Shown piece by piece: positions 48,168-56,825 of a stretch of 64,000 nt of DNA. The stretch is from Betaproteobacteria bacterium. Lineage in GTDB: Bacteria; Pseudomonadota; Gammaproteobacteria; Burkholderiales; Usitatibacteraceae. The stretch covers positions 3,431 to 67,430 of the forward strand of contig JADJMI010000018.1 of assembly GCA_016709665.1 (NCBI GenBank). Direction: 5' to 3'. A program made the position numbers and the translations under genes. The notes beneath the pieces were generated by a model. It saw only the letters and a program-made list of their open reading frames with translations. It was not told where the DNA came from and ran no database searches. The first letter of the stretch is position 1, and the number at the start of each line of letters is the position of its first letter.

Positions 48168-48755
48168 ATGAAAAAGCTCCTCGCTGCTGCGGCGATCGCC
48201 GCGATCGCCCTCTCCGCCTAAGCCCAGGACAAGAAGGCCGCCGACAAGACCGTCGGCGCCGTCGGCAAGGCCTCGGCCGTCTACGTCGTCGACGCGATCG
48301 ACCAGGCCACGCGCAAGGTCGTCCTGAAGGACGCGACCGGCCAGACCCTCACCTTCGTCGCCGGCGACGAAGTGAAGAACCTCCCGCAAGTGGTGAAGGG
48401 CGACAAGGTCACCTTCACGGTCGTCGAGGCCGTGGTGCTCTCCCTGAACAAGTCGACCTCCACCGTGCGCGAGCGCGTCGAGACCGAGACTTCCTCCGCT
48501 GCCCCCGCCGGCTCGAAGCCCGCCGGCACGGTGACCCGCTCGGTGAAGATCGTCGCCTCCGTCGAGGCGATCGACGCCAAGGCCGGCAAGGTGACCGTCC
48601 GCGGCCCGCAGCGCACCGTCGTCCTCAGCGTGAAGGACGCCGCCGTCCTGAAGACCCTCAAGAAGGGCGACATGATCGAGGCGACGTTCGCCGAATCCGT
48701 CACCATCAAGGTCGAGAAGGGCATGGCTTCGCCCGCGGCGCCGGCCAAGAAGTAG
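48168..48755 (+). pseudogene. Small periplasmic two-repeat protein with an in-frame TAA at the predicted signal-peptide cleavage site
   Basis: ATG 48168 gives MKKLLAAAAIAAIALSA-TAA(48219-48221)-AQDKKAADKTVG..., in the same frame as ORF 48372..48755. Two ~75-aa internal repeats are visible (VVDAIDQATRKVVLKDATGQTLTF... and VEAIDAKAGKVTVRGPQRTVVLSV...). Confidence 0.55.
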
Positions 48756-48806
48756 TTTCCGGGCCCTCGCCGCGAGGCGAGGGTCGCGGTCGCATCGAAG
48801 GGCGTG

Positions 48807-48812
48807 TATAAT
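48807..48812 (+). promoter_or_regulatory. Candidate -10 box (TATAAT) for tRNA-Ala
   Basis: A perfect TATAAT lies 14 nt upstream of the tRNA 5' end. No clear -35 was identified. Confidence 0.35.
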
Positions 48813-48826
48813 TTCGCCCTTCACGT

Positions 48827-48902
<76 letters not shown>

Positions 48903-48910
48903 CTTTTCGA

Positions 48911-48938
48911 AGGCCAGACATCGCTCTGGCCTTTTTTT
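48911..48938 (+). terminator. Rho-independent terminator after tRNA-Ala
   Basis: AGGCCAGA-CATCGC-TCTGGCCT stem-loop followed by TTTTTT. Confidence 0.8.
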
Positions 48939-49216
48939 CGTCCGGAATTCCCCAATGAATCCGGGCTGTTGGCGAAACGTGCGAAGAGTGGCCACACCCC
49001 CGGTGGCCAACATTCCGGCCGTTTTGCCCTCTACCCCCTCTCCGTTATCTGTTTCTGCGAAGAGCGCTCTTCGCTCCACCCCTGCCATTTCAAGGGGTTA
49101 GCAATTTCGATTTGAGCAAGTTCTTGGTCATCAAGGGCGACCCCTTCAAGGGATCGCATAGTGAGCCTGACTGCTGCCAAACTTTGAAAGCCCATAGCTC
49201 GCGGGTTGAAACTTTT

Positions 49217-50482
49217 GCCTCTCTTGAATTCTGAGTGGGTATTCTGGCGTCATATTCAACATGGTGGCGAGGATCTGAGATGACGGCGAAGGTGTTTGAG
49301 GCGGCGCTGGGGATCGTCGAGCCTTGGTCGGTGAAGTCGGTGGACTTCAAGGAAGCGGCCAAGTTGCTGACGATCCAGATCGACTTCACGCCGGGCAGCC
49401 GTTTTCCGGTGCCCGGCCACGAGGGCGTGCATCCGGTGCACGACACGGTGACCAAGACGTACCGGCACCTGAGCTTCTTCCAACACGAGTGTCACCTGCA
49501 GGTGCGTACGCCGCGGGTGAAGCTGCCCGACGATTCGGTGCGCCTGATCGAGCCGGGCTTCGCCGGTCGACTGTCGGGCTTCACGCTGCTCTTCGAGGCG
49601 ATGATCCTGATGCTGGCACGGCAGATGCCGTTTGCGGCCGTTGCACGCATCGTGGGGGAGTCGGCCTACCGGGTCATGGCGGTGGCAGCGTCGAGCTTGC
49701 CCCGGGCGGCCGACTTGAGTGGCGGAAGGCGCTGGCCATCGACAGACTCGCGGCCCGTGGCCACGACTACATCACCGGCCGCGATGCGCCGAGCGCCGGG
49801 TGCTGTTCGTCACCGAGGGACGCGACGCCGAGACCATCAAGGCGCTGGCCTGCGATCTCGAAGAGCACGGCTGCGCGCGCGAGGCGATCGAGTCGGTGAG
49901 CATCGACATGTCGCCAGCCTTCATCAAGGGCGTGAGCGAGGCATTGCCCAACGCCCAGATCACCTTCGACAAGTTCCACGTCGTCGGCCACGCCAACACG
50001 CCTGGACAAGACGCGCCGCATCGAGCAGCGGACGACAAGTCCTCAGGGATGCGCTGGACGCTGCTGCCAGGACCGTGCCGCCCAAACCTGAGGCCGCCGC
50101 CGACCTCGACGCTTGATCGCCAGGTCACCACCAGCGCACCGCCGAGCTGGGTCTACAAGGAGCAGTTGCGCGCGATCCCGAGCGCAAGCAGATCAATGTC
50201 GGCGCGCCATGCTCAGCATGGGCACCTGATGCGACCCAAGGTCGAGCCGATGAAAGAGGTCGCCAGGATGATCCGCCGTCACATCGAGGGCATCGTCGCC
50301 TGGACCCAGACCCGCCAGACCAACGGCTTCCTTGAAGCCATTAACGGCCTCTTCCACCGCCAAGCGCCGCGCCCGCGGTTTACGCGCCTTCCACCATCAG
50401 GACGGTCTTCCGTCGCCGGCAAGCTCGACTTCCGCGCAATCAACCCTCATGCCCCGCAACCCACTTGAAATTCAACAGAGCC
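49217..50482 (+). mobile_element. ISL3-family insertion sequence (decayed transposase) with imperfect terminal inverted repeats and 8-bp target-site duplication
   Basis: IRL is GCCTCTCTTGAATTCTGAGTGGGT (49217-). The reverse complement of the right end is GGCTCTGTTGAATTTCAAGTGGGT (to 50482), 19 of 24 positions matching. The identical flanking octamer AAACTTTT occurs at 49209-49216 and 50483-50490. Confidence 0.88.
49280..50468 (+). pseudogene. ISL3-family transposase, multiple frame disruptions
   Basis: MTAKVFEAALGIVEPWSVKSVDFKEAAKLLTIQIDF ... YRHLSFFQHECHLQVRTPRVKLPD is an ISL3 N-terminus. Recognisable segments (VLFVTEGRDAETIKAL..SIDMSPAFIKGVSEALPNAQITFDKFHVVGHAN and VEPMKEVARMIRRHIEGIVAWTQTRQTNGFLEAINGLF) are spread over all three frames (ORFs 49235, 49324 and 49719). 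Confidence 0.85.
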
Positions 50483-50530
50483 AAACTTTTGCACTATCCT
50501 GATCAGCATTCCCGCTTTCGGGAGGATGTG

Positions 50531-50738
50531 ATGACACCACGCAGTGCGCAGGCCGAGATCCTGACCATCAGGGAGGTCGCCGGATACCTGAAGGTCACGC
50601 AGCGGACGATCTACAGGCTAGCCGCAGCCAAGAAGATCCCTGCATTCAAGGGTTGGCGGGACGTGGCGCTTCCGGCAGGTAGACATCGACGGCTGGATCG
50701 CAGCCCAATCGAAGAACGCGGAGGGGCAAGCAGGTTGA
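50531..50738 (+). pseudogene. Excisionase-family (HTH_17-like) DNA-binding protein, frame break at ~50648-50655
   Basis: MTPRSAQAEILTIREVAGYLKVTQRTIYRLAAAKKIPAFK is followed, after a 1-nt shift in a G run, by VGGTWRFRQVDIDGWIAAQSKNAEGQAG-stop (TGA 50736-50738). A GGGAGG ribosome-binding site lies upstream of ATG 50531. Confidence 0.65.
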
Positions 50739-53643
50739 TCTCCGCCTACCACGCCAAGTACTACGCCCATGAGCTGACTCGACGTCATGGGGCCGATGGC
50801 GTCGACCGCCTCTCTCTCAGTCGCTGTTTGACGCCAGCGTCGATCTGAACCCGCACCAGATCGAAGCGGCGTTGTTCGCCCTGCGCAATCCGCTGCAGGA
50901 AGGCGTACTGCTTGCCGACGAAGTCGGTGTGGGCAAGACCATCGAAGCATCGCTTGTGGTCTGCCAGTACTGGGCTGAACGCCGCCGCCGTCTGCTGGTG
51001 ATTTGTCCTGCGAGCCTGCGCAAGCAGTGGGCGCAGGAGATGCACGACAAGTTCGCGGTGCCGACCACCGTAGTCGATGCTGTGTCCCTGCGCAAGCAAG
51101 CCGCAGGCGACATCCTCGCCACCTTGCAGCGCATGGTCGGCAAGGCGGTCGTAATCATGTCCTACCAGTTCGCCGTCAAACTGGAAACCGAGCTGCGCGC
51201 AGTGCCGTGGGATGTAGTGGTCATAGACGAAGCGCACAAGCTGCGCAATGCGCACCGCCCCAGCAACCGCACTGGCCAGGCGCTTAAGCGCGCCTTGGCG
51301 GGCCGCAAAAAACTATTGCTAACCGCCACGCCGCTTCAGAACTCGCTTATGGAGCTGTACGGACTGTCCACGCTGCTAGACGAGCACCTTTTCGGTGATG
51401 AAACCGCGTTCCGCAGGCAGTTCATGAGCAGTGCCACGGGCACAGCCGAGTTGCGGGAGCGTCTCGCATCCTTTGCCAAGCGCACGCTTCGACGCGAAGT
51501 GCTCGAGTACATCAAGTACACCGAACGCAAGACGCTGACCCAGCCCTTCGATCCCACTGACGATGAGCAGTCACTTTATGAACGCATCTCGACTTTTTTG
51601 CAGCGTGAGGATTCGTACGCCCTGCCAAAGCGGCAGCGCCACCTCACCGCGCTGATCCTGCGCAAGCTGCTGGCCTCCAGCTCTCACGCTGTGTCAGCAA
51701 CGCTCATCACAATCCGCCAACGGCTGGTACGGCTGCTGGATGGAACAAGCGACGACAACGGCAGCCAACTAGTCGAGCAGCTCATCGCCGAAGACGACTT
51801 GGAGCAGGACTATCTGGAAGAGGAAGCGGCCGAGGATGAAGACGCGCCAACGGACGACGCGCGACCCGCAGAGGACGACGACAAGCCCAATCCCAACGCC
51901 CTCCGTGCCGAAATCGCCGAGCTGACCGCCTTTATTGACGCCGCCCAGGCCCTGCAAACGGACACCAAGGCGCAGGCGCTACTCACGGCGCTCGCCCTCG
52001 GCTTCGGCAAGATGGCCGAGCTGCGCGCCCCTCGCAAGGCCATCATCTTCACGGAGTCCAGGCGTACACAGGAGTACCTGCATCGCTTTCTCTCTGCCAA
52101 CGGCTACATGGGCAGATTAGTGCTTTTTAGCGGCACCAACACCCGCGAAGAGTCCACAGCAATCTATCAACGCTGGCTTGAGGAGTTCAAGGGCACAGAC
52201 CAGTCACAGGTTCACCGCAGGTAGATCGCCGCACGGCCTGATCGATCACTTCCGCCAGGACGACGGCACAGGCGCGGAAATCATGATCGCCACCGAAGCC
52301 GCAGCTGAGGGCGTCAACCTGCAGTTCTGTGCGCTCATCATCAACTACGACCTGCCGTGGAACCCGCAACGCATTGAACAGCGAATTGGTCGTTGTCACC
52401 GTTACGGTCAACGCTACGACGTAGTGGTCATCAACTTCCTCAACACCCGAAACCAGGCCGATCAGCGCGTGTTGGAACTGCTCACTGAGAAGTTCAACCT
52501 GTTCTCCGGCGTATTCGGCGCGTCTGACGAAGTGCTAGGCCGCATCGAAGGCGGGCTGGACTTCGAGAAACGCATCCTGCAGATATACGACACCTGCCGT
52601 CAGCCGGAGCAGATCGAAGCCGCCTTCAACGCACTGCAAGCGGAACTGGAAGAAGTCATTGCCGACCGCATCAAGGACACCCAGACCCAGTTGCTGGAAA
52701 CTTCGACGAGGATGTCCACGACCGCCTCAAGCTACGTCTGGACGAAGCCGAAGCCAGGCTCGACAAGCTTGGCCGATGGTTCTGGGGCGTCACCCGCTAT
52801 GCCCTGAGTGACCGGGCGCGCTTTGACGAGCAGTCCTATGCCTTCTCCCTGATCAGGCCGCCGGAGGCGCTTACCTCTAAGTGCTGCCGGGCCGCTACCA
52901 ACTCATTCGTGGCGCGGCACAGCCTGACATACTGGCTCACGCCTACCGCCTCAGCCATCCGCTGGGCGAGTGGAGCATTGACGCCAGCCTCAACGCCTCT
53001 ACACCGCTCGCCGCACTGAAGCTGACTACGGCAAGCACGGCACGCGCATCTCCGTCGTTGAGAAGTTGCGAGGCAATTCCGGCTGGCTCACGCTGGTACG
53101 TCTGGAAGTAACCGCCTTCGAGACAACCGAGGCGCTGCTGTTCTCGGGCTGCACCGACGATGGTGAGCTACTCGATCAGGAAGCCTGCGAAAAGCTGCTG
53201 ACGATCCCGGCGGCAGGCAAGCCTGTCGCTGCCCACGATGATGCCCAAGCAGCCTTGAAGCCAACAGCCAGCGCCGCGTGGAGGCCACCATTGCCGAAGT
53301 GCTCGAAGCCAACCAGCGCCTGTTCAATGAAGAACGAGACAAGCTGGAGCGCTGGGCCGACGACAAGCTGTTGGCGGCCGAGGAAGCCCTCAAGAACACC
53401 AAGGCGCTCATCGCCCAGCTGAAACGCGATGCCCGGAAGGCTGCCAGCCTGCAAGAGCAGGACGGCATCCAGCGCGAGCTGTCGGAACTGGAGCGCAAGC
53501 AGCGCCGCCTGCGCCAGGACATCTTTGCCGTCGAGGACGAGATCATCGAAAAGCGCGACGCGCTCATCGCCTCACTCCAGCAGCGACTGCACGAGAAGAC
53601 TGACACCCAGACCCTGTTCACCCTGCGCTGGCAGGTGGTGTGA
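50735..53643 (+). pseudogene. SNF2/Rad54-family helicase (defence-type, DrmD-like N-terminus), at least 7 frame disruptions
   Basis: ISAYHAKYYAHELTRRHG ... DLNPHQIEAALFALRNPLQEGVLLADEVGVGKTIEA (motif I), VVIDEAHKLRN (motif II), LLLTATPLQNSLMELY, NLQFCALIINYDLPWNPQRIEQRIGRCHRYGQ (motifs V/VI), and a coiled-coil C-terminus. The pieces lie in ORFs 50465, 50872, 52178, 52881, 53066 and 53278. Breaks occur at ~50809-50820 ((CT)n), 52200-52245 (two), 52696-52700 (A run), ~52875, ~53020 and ~53270. Confidence 0.85.
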
Positions 53644-56600
53644 AGCGCACAACCAACAACGAAGAAATCAAGGCCCGAATCATGACCACGAAACAAAACG
53701 TCAAATTCCAGGAGCTCGTCGCCAAGCTGCGCGAGATTTTTCAGATCGACCGTCCGGAACTGGATTTCGGGATCTACCGCATCCTCAACGCCCGAGCCAG
53801 CGAGATCAACGACTACTTGGAGAACCGGCTGGCAGAGAGAGTTCAGGCGGCACTAGCTTTAGGCAGCGCAGCCACCACCCAGCAACTACAAGCGGAATTG
53901 CAGGAGGCCGAGAAAAGCGCACAGGCCCTGGGCGTCAGCCCCGATGGCGTGCCCAAGGTCCAGGAGCTGCGTGCCCGATTGAAGGATGCCAGCGCAGGCA
54001 GCTTCGAGCACGAAAACGCTGTGTTTTCGCACTTGCTGGCCTTCTTCACCCGCTACTACCAGGACGGGGACTTCATCAGCCAGCGCCGTTACAAGGGCGA
54101 CACCTACGCCATCCCCTACGCGGGCGAAGAGGTGATGCTGCACTGGGCCAACAAGGATCAGTACTACACCAAGAGCGGCGAGAACTTCAGCAACTACAGC
54201 TTCAAGCTCGAAGACGGCCGCACGGTCCACTTCCGCCTCGTGGCCGCCGACACCGCCAAGGATAACCGCAAGGACAACGACAAGGAGCGTCGCTTTGCGC
54301 TAATTGAGCGCAAGACCACCACCCGTATCGACGAGCAGGGCGACGAGGTCGAAGATGAACTGTTGCCGATCGGGGAAGTGGATGGCGCCAACGGAAAAGA
54401 GCTGATCGTCCGCTTTGAGTACAGGCCTGTCGCGAAGGGCACCAAGCAGGAGGCCCTGGTAGCCCAAGCCGTGGTGACTTTGTTGGCCGATCCTGCCGTC
54501 AAGGCCCGCTGGCTCGACTTGGGCATCCGCGCCCCCACCGAGAAGAACCCCCAGCGCACCCTGCTGGAAAAGCACCTGAGCGACTACACCATCAAGAATA
54601 CGGCCGATTACTTCATCCACAAGGATCTGGGTGGCTTCCTGCGCCGGGAACTGGACTTCTACATCAAGAACGAGGCCATGCACCTGGACGATGTCCAGCA
54701 CGCGAACGCGTTTGCCGACATCGAGAAGTCGTTGCGCATGATTCAGTGCCTGAGGAGTATCGCGCTGGAACTAATCGTATTTCTGGCGCAGCTAGAAGAC
54801 TTCCAGAAGAGGCTGTGGCTGAAGAAGAAGTTCGTGGTGTCCAGCCACTTCTGCATCACGCTGGATCGAGTGCCGGAGACGCTTTATCCAGAGATTGTGG
54901 CAAATGAAAAGCAGTGGCAGCAGTGGAAGCTACTCGGCATTTGGGATGCTGATGTGCCAGGTTCGGTGGAAACCTTGAAGGCAGGCCAATTCCGGATGGT
55001 CGACACGAGTCTTTATAGCTACGAATTCAGGCGAAGACTACTTAGCGCGTCAGAGAACTTGGACAGCACCATTGATGGTGTGCTGATTCATGGAGACAAC
55101 TTCCAAGGCCTAGGTCTTCTAGAAAAGCGATACGCACGGGATGTTGACTGCGTCTATATCGACCCACCCTACAACTCTGACGCCAGTGCCATTTTGTACA
55201 AGAACGGCTACAAGTCCTCAAGCTGGGTTTCTTTGATGCAGAGTCGCCTGCAACGAACGCGAGCGCTTCTAAAAGATGCAGGCGTTCTGGTTGCAGCGAT
55301 CGACGATGCTCAACAAAGGGAACTAAGCTTTCTTCTTTCGGAGGTCTTCGACAACAACTCGCTCGGGGTAATAACAGTACGCTCAAACCCTTCAGGGCGT
55401 CCTACTCAGAGCGGGTACGCCGTGTCTCATGAGTACCTACTGTTTGCAGGAAACTCAAGCGAATCGAAGATTCAGCGCTTACCACCAACTCCAGCGCAGA
55501 TGGCTCGGTTTAATGAGGCCGATGAATTAGGGGCGTTCGAGTGGCGGAACCTACGTCGTGAAGGCTCAGACTCCGACAGGAATGAACGCCGGTCCATGTA
55601 CTACCCCATCTATATAACTGGCGAAGCCCTCCGCGTGCCACCGCTTGAGTGGAAAGAAGATACAGAAGAATGGATTCCACTTGAGCCCCCCGGCGCAGAC
55701 GACACCGTAGTGCTTCCCGACAATGAGGATGGAGTACAGAAGCGTTGGCGTTGGGAATGGAGGACCGTCGAGGCCAAGAAATCTCAGCTCGCGGTGAGAA
55801 GGGATCGGTCCGGGAAGAGGTACGTGTACTGCAAGAGACGGCCCAACGAAGACGGCGTGGTGTCTGTGTCGACATGGGCGGACGCGAAGCATTCCGCCAC
55901 TGAGCACGGCACTGCACTGCTGAAGAACCTGTTTGGAAGTAATCCCTTCTCCTATCCAAAGTCGATTCACGCCGTAGTGGACGCGATCTATGTCGCAGGC
56001 GCTGTAGATCCCAAATCACTGACATTCGACTACTTCGCGGGTTCTGGAACAACCGCACATGCAGTCATAAACCTGAACAGGAGAGACAAAGGGCAGCGGC
56101 GATATGTTTTGGTCGAGCAAGGGGAATACTTTGACCGGGTCCTGAAGCCGCGAATTCAGAAGGCCGTCTACTCGGAGCGCTGGGAGCAAGGGAAACCAAC
56201 GGCTCCTGAGACTGGCCTCTCCCACTGCTTCAAGGTCCTCAAGCTCGAAGGCTATGAGGACACGCTGAACAACCTGCAACTGCGCCGCACGGCCGGACAA
56301 GACAATCTGTTCGCCAAGCTGCCACAGCAGGCCAAAGACGACTACCTGCTGCATTACATGTTGGATGTGGAAAGCCGGGGCTCGCTCTTGTCGGTGGAGG
56401 ACTTCAAGAAGCCCTTCGACTACGCGCTGAACGTCGCTGTCGATTCAGCGGGGGCCTTTGAGCCGCGCAACGTCGATCTAGTGGAGACCTTCAACTACCT
56501 AATCGGCCTTCGTGTGAAGCACATCGATGCCCAACCCGAGCGCGGCTTTGTCACCGTCACGGGCGTGATGCCCAGCGGTGAGTCCTGCCTCGTGCTTTGG

Positions 56601-56825
56601 CGCGACTGCGAGGTGCTGGACTACGAAGGTGTCGCCGGGCTTTGCGACAAGCTAGCCATTAACCCGGCGGACAACGAATTCGACGTGGTCTACATCAACG
56701 GCGACCACAACATTCCGACCGTGCTGACGCAGACTGCCGAGGAAGGCGGTGCCACCCGCGTGCTCAAGTTGCGGCAGATCGAACCGGAGTTTCTGTCACA
56801 CATGTTCTCGGTAGAGGACATCTGA
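53640..56825 (+). CDS. Type III Mod-like (beta-class N6-adenine/N4-cytosine) DNA methyltransferase with a long N-terminal extension
   Basis: Motif IV VYIDPPYNS (~55161) precedes motif I DYFAGSGTTAHAV (~56030), which is the beta-class order. The N-terminal ~330 aa (ELDFGIYRILNARASEINDYL...) are unassigned. The start is GTG 53640 (overlapping the SNF2 stop, GTGA) or ATG 53682. The reading frame is intact. Confidence 0.85.
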   Translation: MKRTTNNEEIKARIMTTKQNVKFQELVAKLREIFQIDRPELDFGIYRILNARASEINDYLENRLAERVQAALALGSAATTQQLQAELQEAEKSAQALGVSPDGVPKVQELRARLKDASAGSFEHENAVFSHLLAFFTRYYQDGDFISQRRYKGDTYAIPYAGEEVMLHWANKDQYYTKSGENFSNYSFKLEDGRTVHFRLVAADTAKDNRKDNDKERRFALIERKTTTRIDEQGDEVEDELLPIGEVDGANGKELIVRFEYRPVAKGTKQEALVAQAVVTLLADPAVKARWLDLGIRAPTEKNPQRTLLEKHLSDYTIKNTADYFIHKDLGGFLRRELDFYIKNEAMHLDDVQHANAFADIEKSLRMIQCLRSIALELIVFLAQLEDFQKRLWLKKKFVVSSHFCITLDRVPETLYPEIVANEKQWQQWKLLGIWDADVPGSVETLKAGQFRMVDTSLYSYEFRRRLLSASENLDSTIDGVLIHGDNFQGLGLLEKRYARDVDCVYIDPPYNSDASAILYKNGYKSSSWVSLMQSRLQRTRALLKDAGVLVAAIDDAQQRELSFLLSEVFDNNSLGVITVRSNPSGRPTQSGYAVSHEYLLFAGNSSESKIQRLPPTPAQMARFNEADELGAFEWRNLRREGSDSDRNERRSMYYPIYITGEALRVPPLEWKEDTEEWIPLEPPGADDTVVLPDNEDGVQKRWRWEWRTVEAKKSQLAVRRDRSGKRYVYCKRRPNEDGVVSVSTWADAKHSATEHGTALLKNLFGSNPFSYPKSIHAVVDAIYVAGAVDPKSLTFDYFAGSGTTAHAVINLNRRDKGQRRYVLVEQGEYFDRVLKPRIQKAVYSERWEQGKPTAPETGLSHCFKVLKLEGYEDTLNNLQLRRTAGQDNLFAKLPQQAKDDYLLHYMLDVESRGSLLSVEDFKKPFDYALNVAVDSAGAFEPRNVDLVETFNYLIGLRVKHIDAQPERGFVTVTGVMPSGESCLVLWRDCEVLDYEGVAGLCDKLAINPADNEFDVVYINGDHNIPTVLTQTAEEGGATRVLKLRQIEPEFLSHMFSVEDI

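Noticed and set aside
48903-49216. Integrase or att site expected next to the tRNA
   Set aside because: No ORF with recombinase motifs lies in this 314-nt gap or elsewhere in the window, and no repeat of the tRNA 3' end was found by eye. I reported the absence as an open question rather than a feature.
49090-49455. 121-aa minus-strand ORF spanning the IS left boundary
   Set aside because: It crosses the IRL/target-duplication junction and runs antisense to the transposase N-terminus. Only the short part outside the IS (possible MGFQSLAAV... peptide) could pre-date the insertion, and it has no recognisable features.
49280-50468. Programmed ribosomal frameshifting in the transposase
   Set aside because: ISL3 transposases are normally single ORFs. 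Here there are several shifts in both directions with no slippery heptamer. The pattern fits decay or sequence error, not programmed frameshifting.
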